Assembly: GCA_000934665.2 (NCBI GenBank)
Contig: JYFJ02002666.1
Location: forward strand, 1-53,071
Length of the DNA: 53,071 bases
DNA from: Catajapyx aquilonaris
Taxonomy: Eukaryota
Direction of reading: 5' to 3'
Each line of letters starts with the position of its first letter. Position 1 is the first letter of the stretch. Under the pieces are notes generated by a model. That model searched no databases and had not been told where the DNA came from. It saw nothing but the letters and a program-made list of their open reading frames with translations. The position numbers and the translations under genes were made by a program. Positions 51,917 through 53,071 of this stretch are shown one piece after another.

Positions 51917-52005
51917 TAGTTTCCAAAAGAAGAAGAAAACTGACTTTGAAAAGATGCATATTGGTTGAGTGTTCCAGCAACTTCAGACTAATTATTATTA
52001 TACTA

Positions 52006-52124
52006 CAAGGTGACCCAAAAGTCTGGACACATAGGTAATTGCATTGTAGTTGTCTGACAACTAGAAACCAACAATAAAATTCAATGTTACCTACTCTACG
52101 TGTCCAGACATTCGGATCACCCTG
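52006..52124. mobile_element. Tiny Tc1/mariner-type MITE (119 bp)
   Basis: Left end CAAGGTGACCCAAAAGTCTGGACAC (preceded by TA) matches the reverse complement of the right end CAGGGTGATCCGAATGTCTGGACAC at 21/25. Confidence 0.7.
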
Positions 52125-53071
52125 CACACTAACTGTATGACTAATCGAAAATGTAGCTCCATACTTTACCTCAACAATATCATATTCAATTTAGAACCAT
52201 GTGGTATTAGGCTACAGCAAATATCTCTAAAAATAGAGCCTATGTGAAACTTGCAGCATCTAGATGCTCTGGTTGACTGCATGAATTTTGGATAACGGCA
52301 AAGTAGATATTCTGTTGACAATATTTTAAAATGCAAACTGTGGTTGACACTCTGAAGAGCTAGTGGTCTGAAACAGTCTTTAGTCAATTTCCCACCTATC
52401 GCCACCACTTCCCATGTCAAACCTTCTTCTTCTATACCCATATAAAAATTCTTTTGCAAACAATGATAACACTATACAACTTTTCATGAAGAGAAATTAT
52501 CATGTGCAGTTTCATGATGATTTGACTTGAACATACAGTACAACCACATGCTTTTACGTTTGTGTGAATTTAGGCCAATCAATAACAGATAATAAAAATA
52601 AATATCAGTCCTAGTAAGTCCCTCATAGGTCAAGGTGTTGAATATCATTGTCCTGACTTTAAAGCAATATCTAATGAAAAATAATTCACACAAGGTAAGC
52701 CTTTAATTTTGTACTTGTGACACCGTGTACCTTTGGATTGCAAAAATTCCTATTAAGAGGGCCGGGTACCTGGCGTTCGCGCCACTTTTCAGGCAAAGCG
52801 AGGAGAAAAACGGGTGCGAATTCATCGTCTTCGTTCGACATATCCTCGCTCCTATGGGAGGTACGGACATGCGGTTTTTTGCGTTGCACGGAGGGATGAC
52901 CGGGGCTGCCTCCGGTCTTGGTCCGGTCCGGATCGGCCCACAAACACCGCATCTGGGATGGGAAACGCATTTGGCACAGGGGCGTCGAGTCGGAGGACGA
53001 AATTCAAAAAAGGAGCTTGTAGGTCCACAGGCCCACTGTCTATGTCTCTGCTGACGATTTTTGGGTGCGCC

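Overview
Eukaryotic, invertebrate (arthropod-like) genomic DNA: AT-rich, with GT-AG introns and many small transposon relics. There is no sign of prokaryotic operons, CRISPR or rRNA. Protein genes: (1) two tandem, same-strand, 10-exon secreted multicopper oxidase/laccase paralogues (17921-20786 and 21767-24229). Both were reconstructed exon by exon, with all copper ligands intact and identical intron positions. (2) A C2H2 zinc-finger transcription factor with an intronless coding region and two C-terminal fingers (43666-45192), resembling Drosophila ichor, preceded by ~19 kb of apparently non-coding DNA. (3) A probable first coding exon on the minus strand (10717-10585) carrying an eh1/Groucho-binding-like motif (FSIRNIV) and a perfect GTAAGT donor; the rest of that gene was not found in the window. 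Repeats: three full-length tRNA-headed SINEs with target-site duplications, several MITEs and DNA-transposon derivatives (Tc1-, hAT- and Tigger/pogo-like, plus unclassified fold-backs), long near-perfect hairpins and simple tandem repeats. Family assignments are from motif recognition only; no database search was run.
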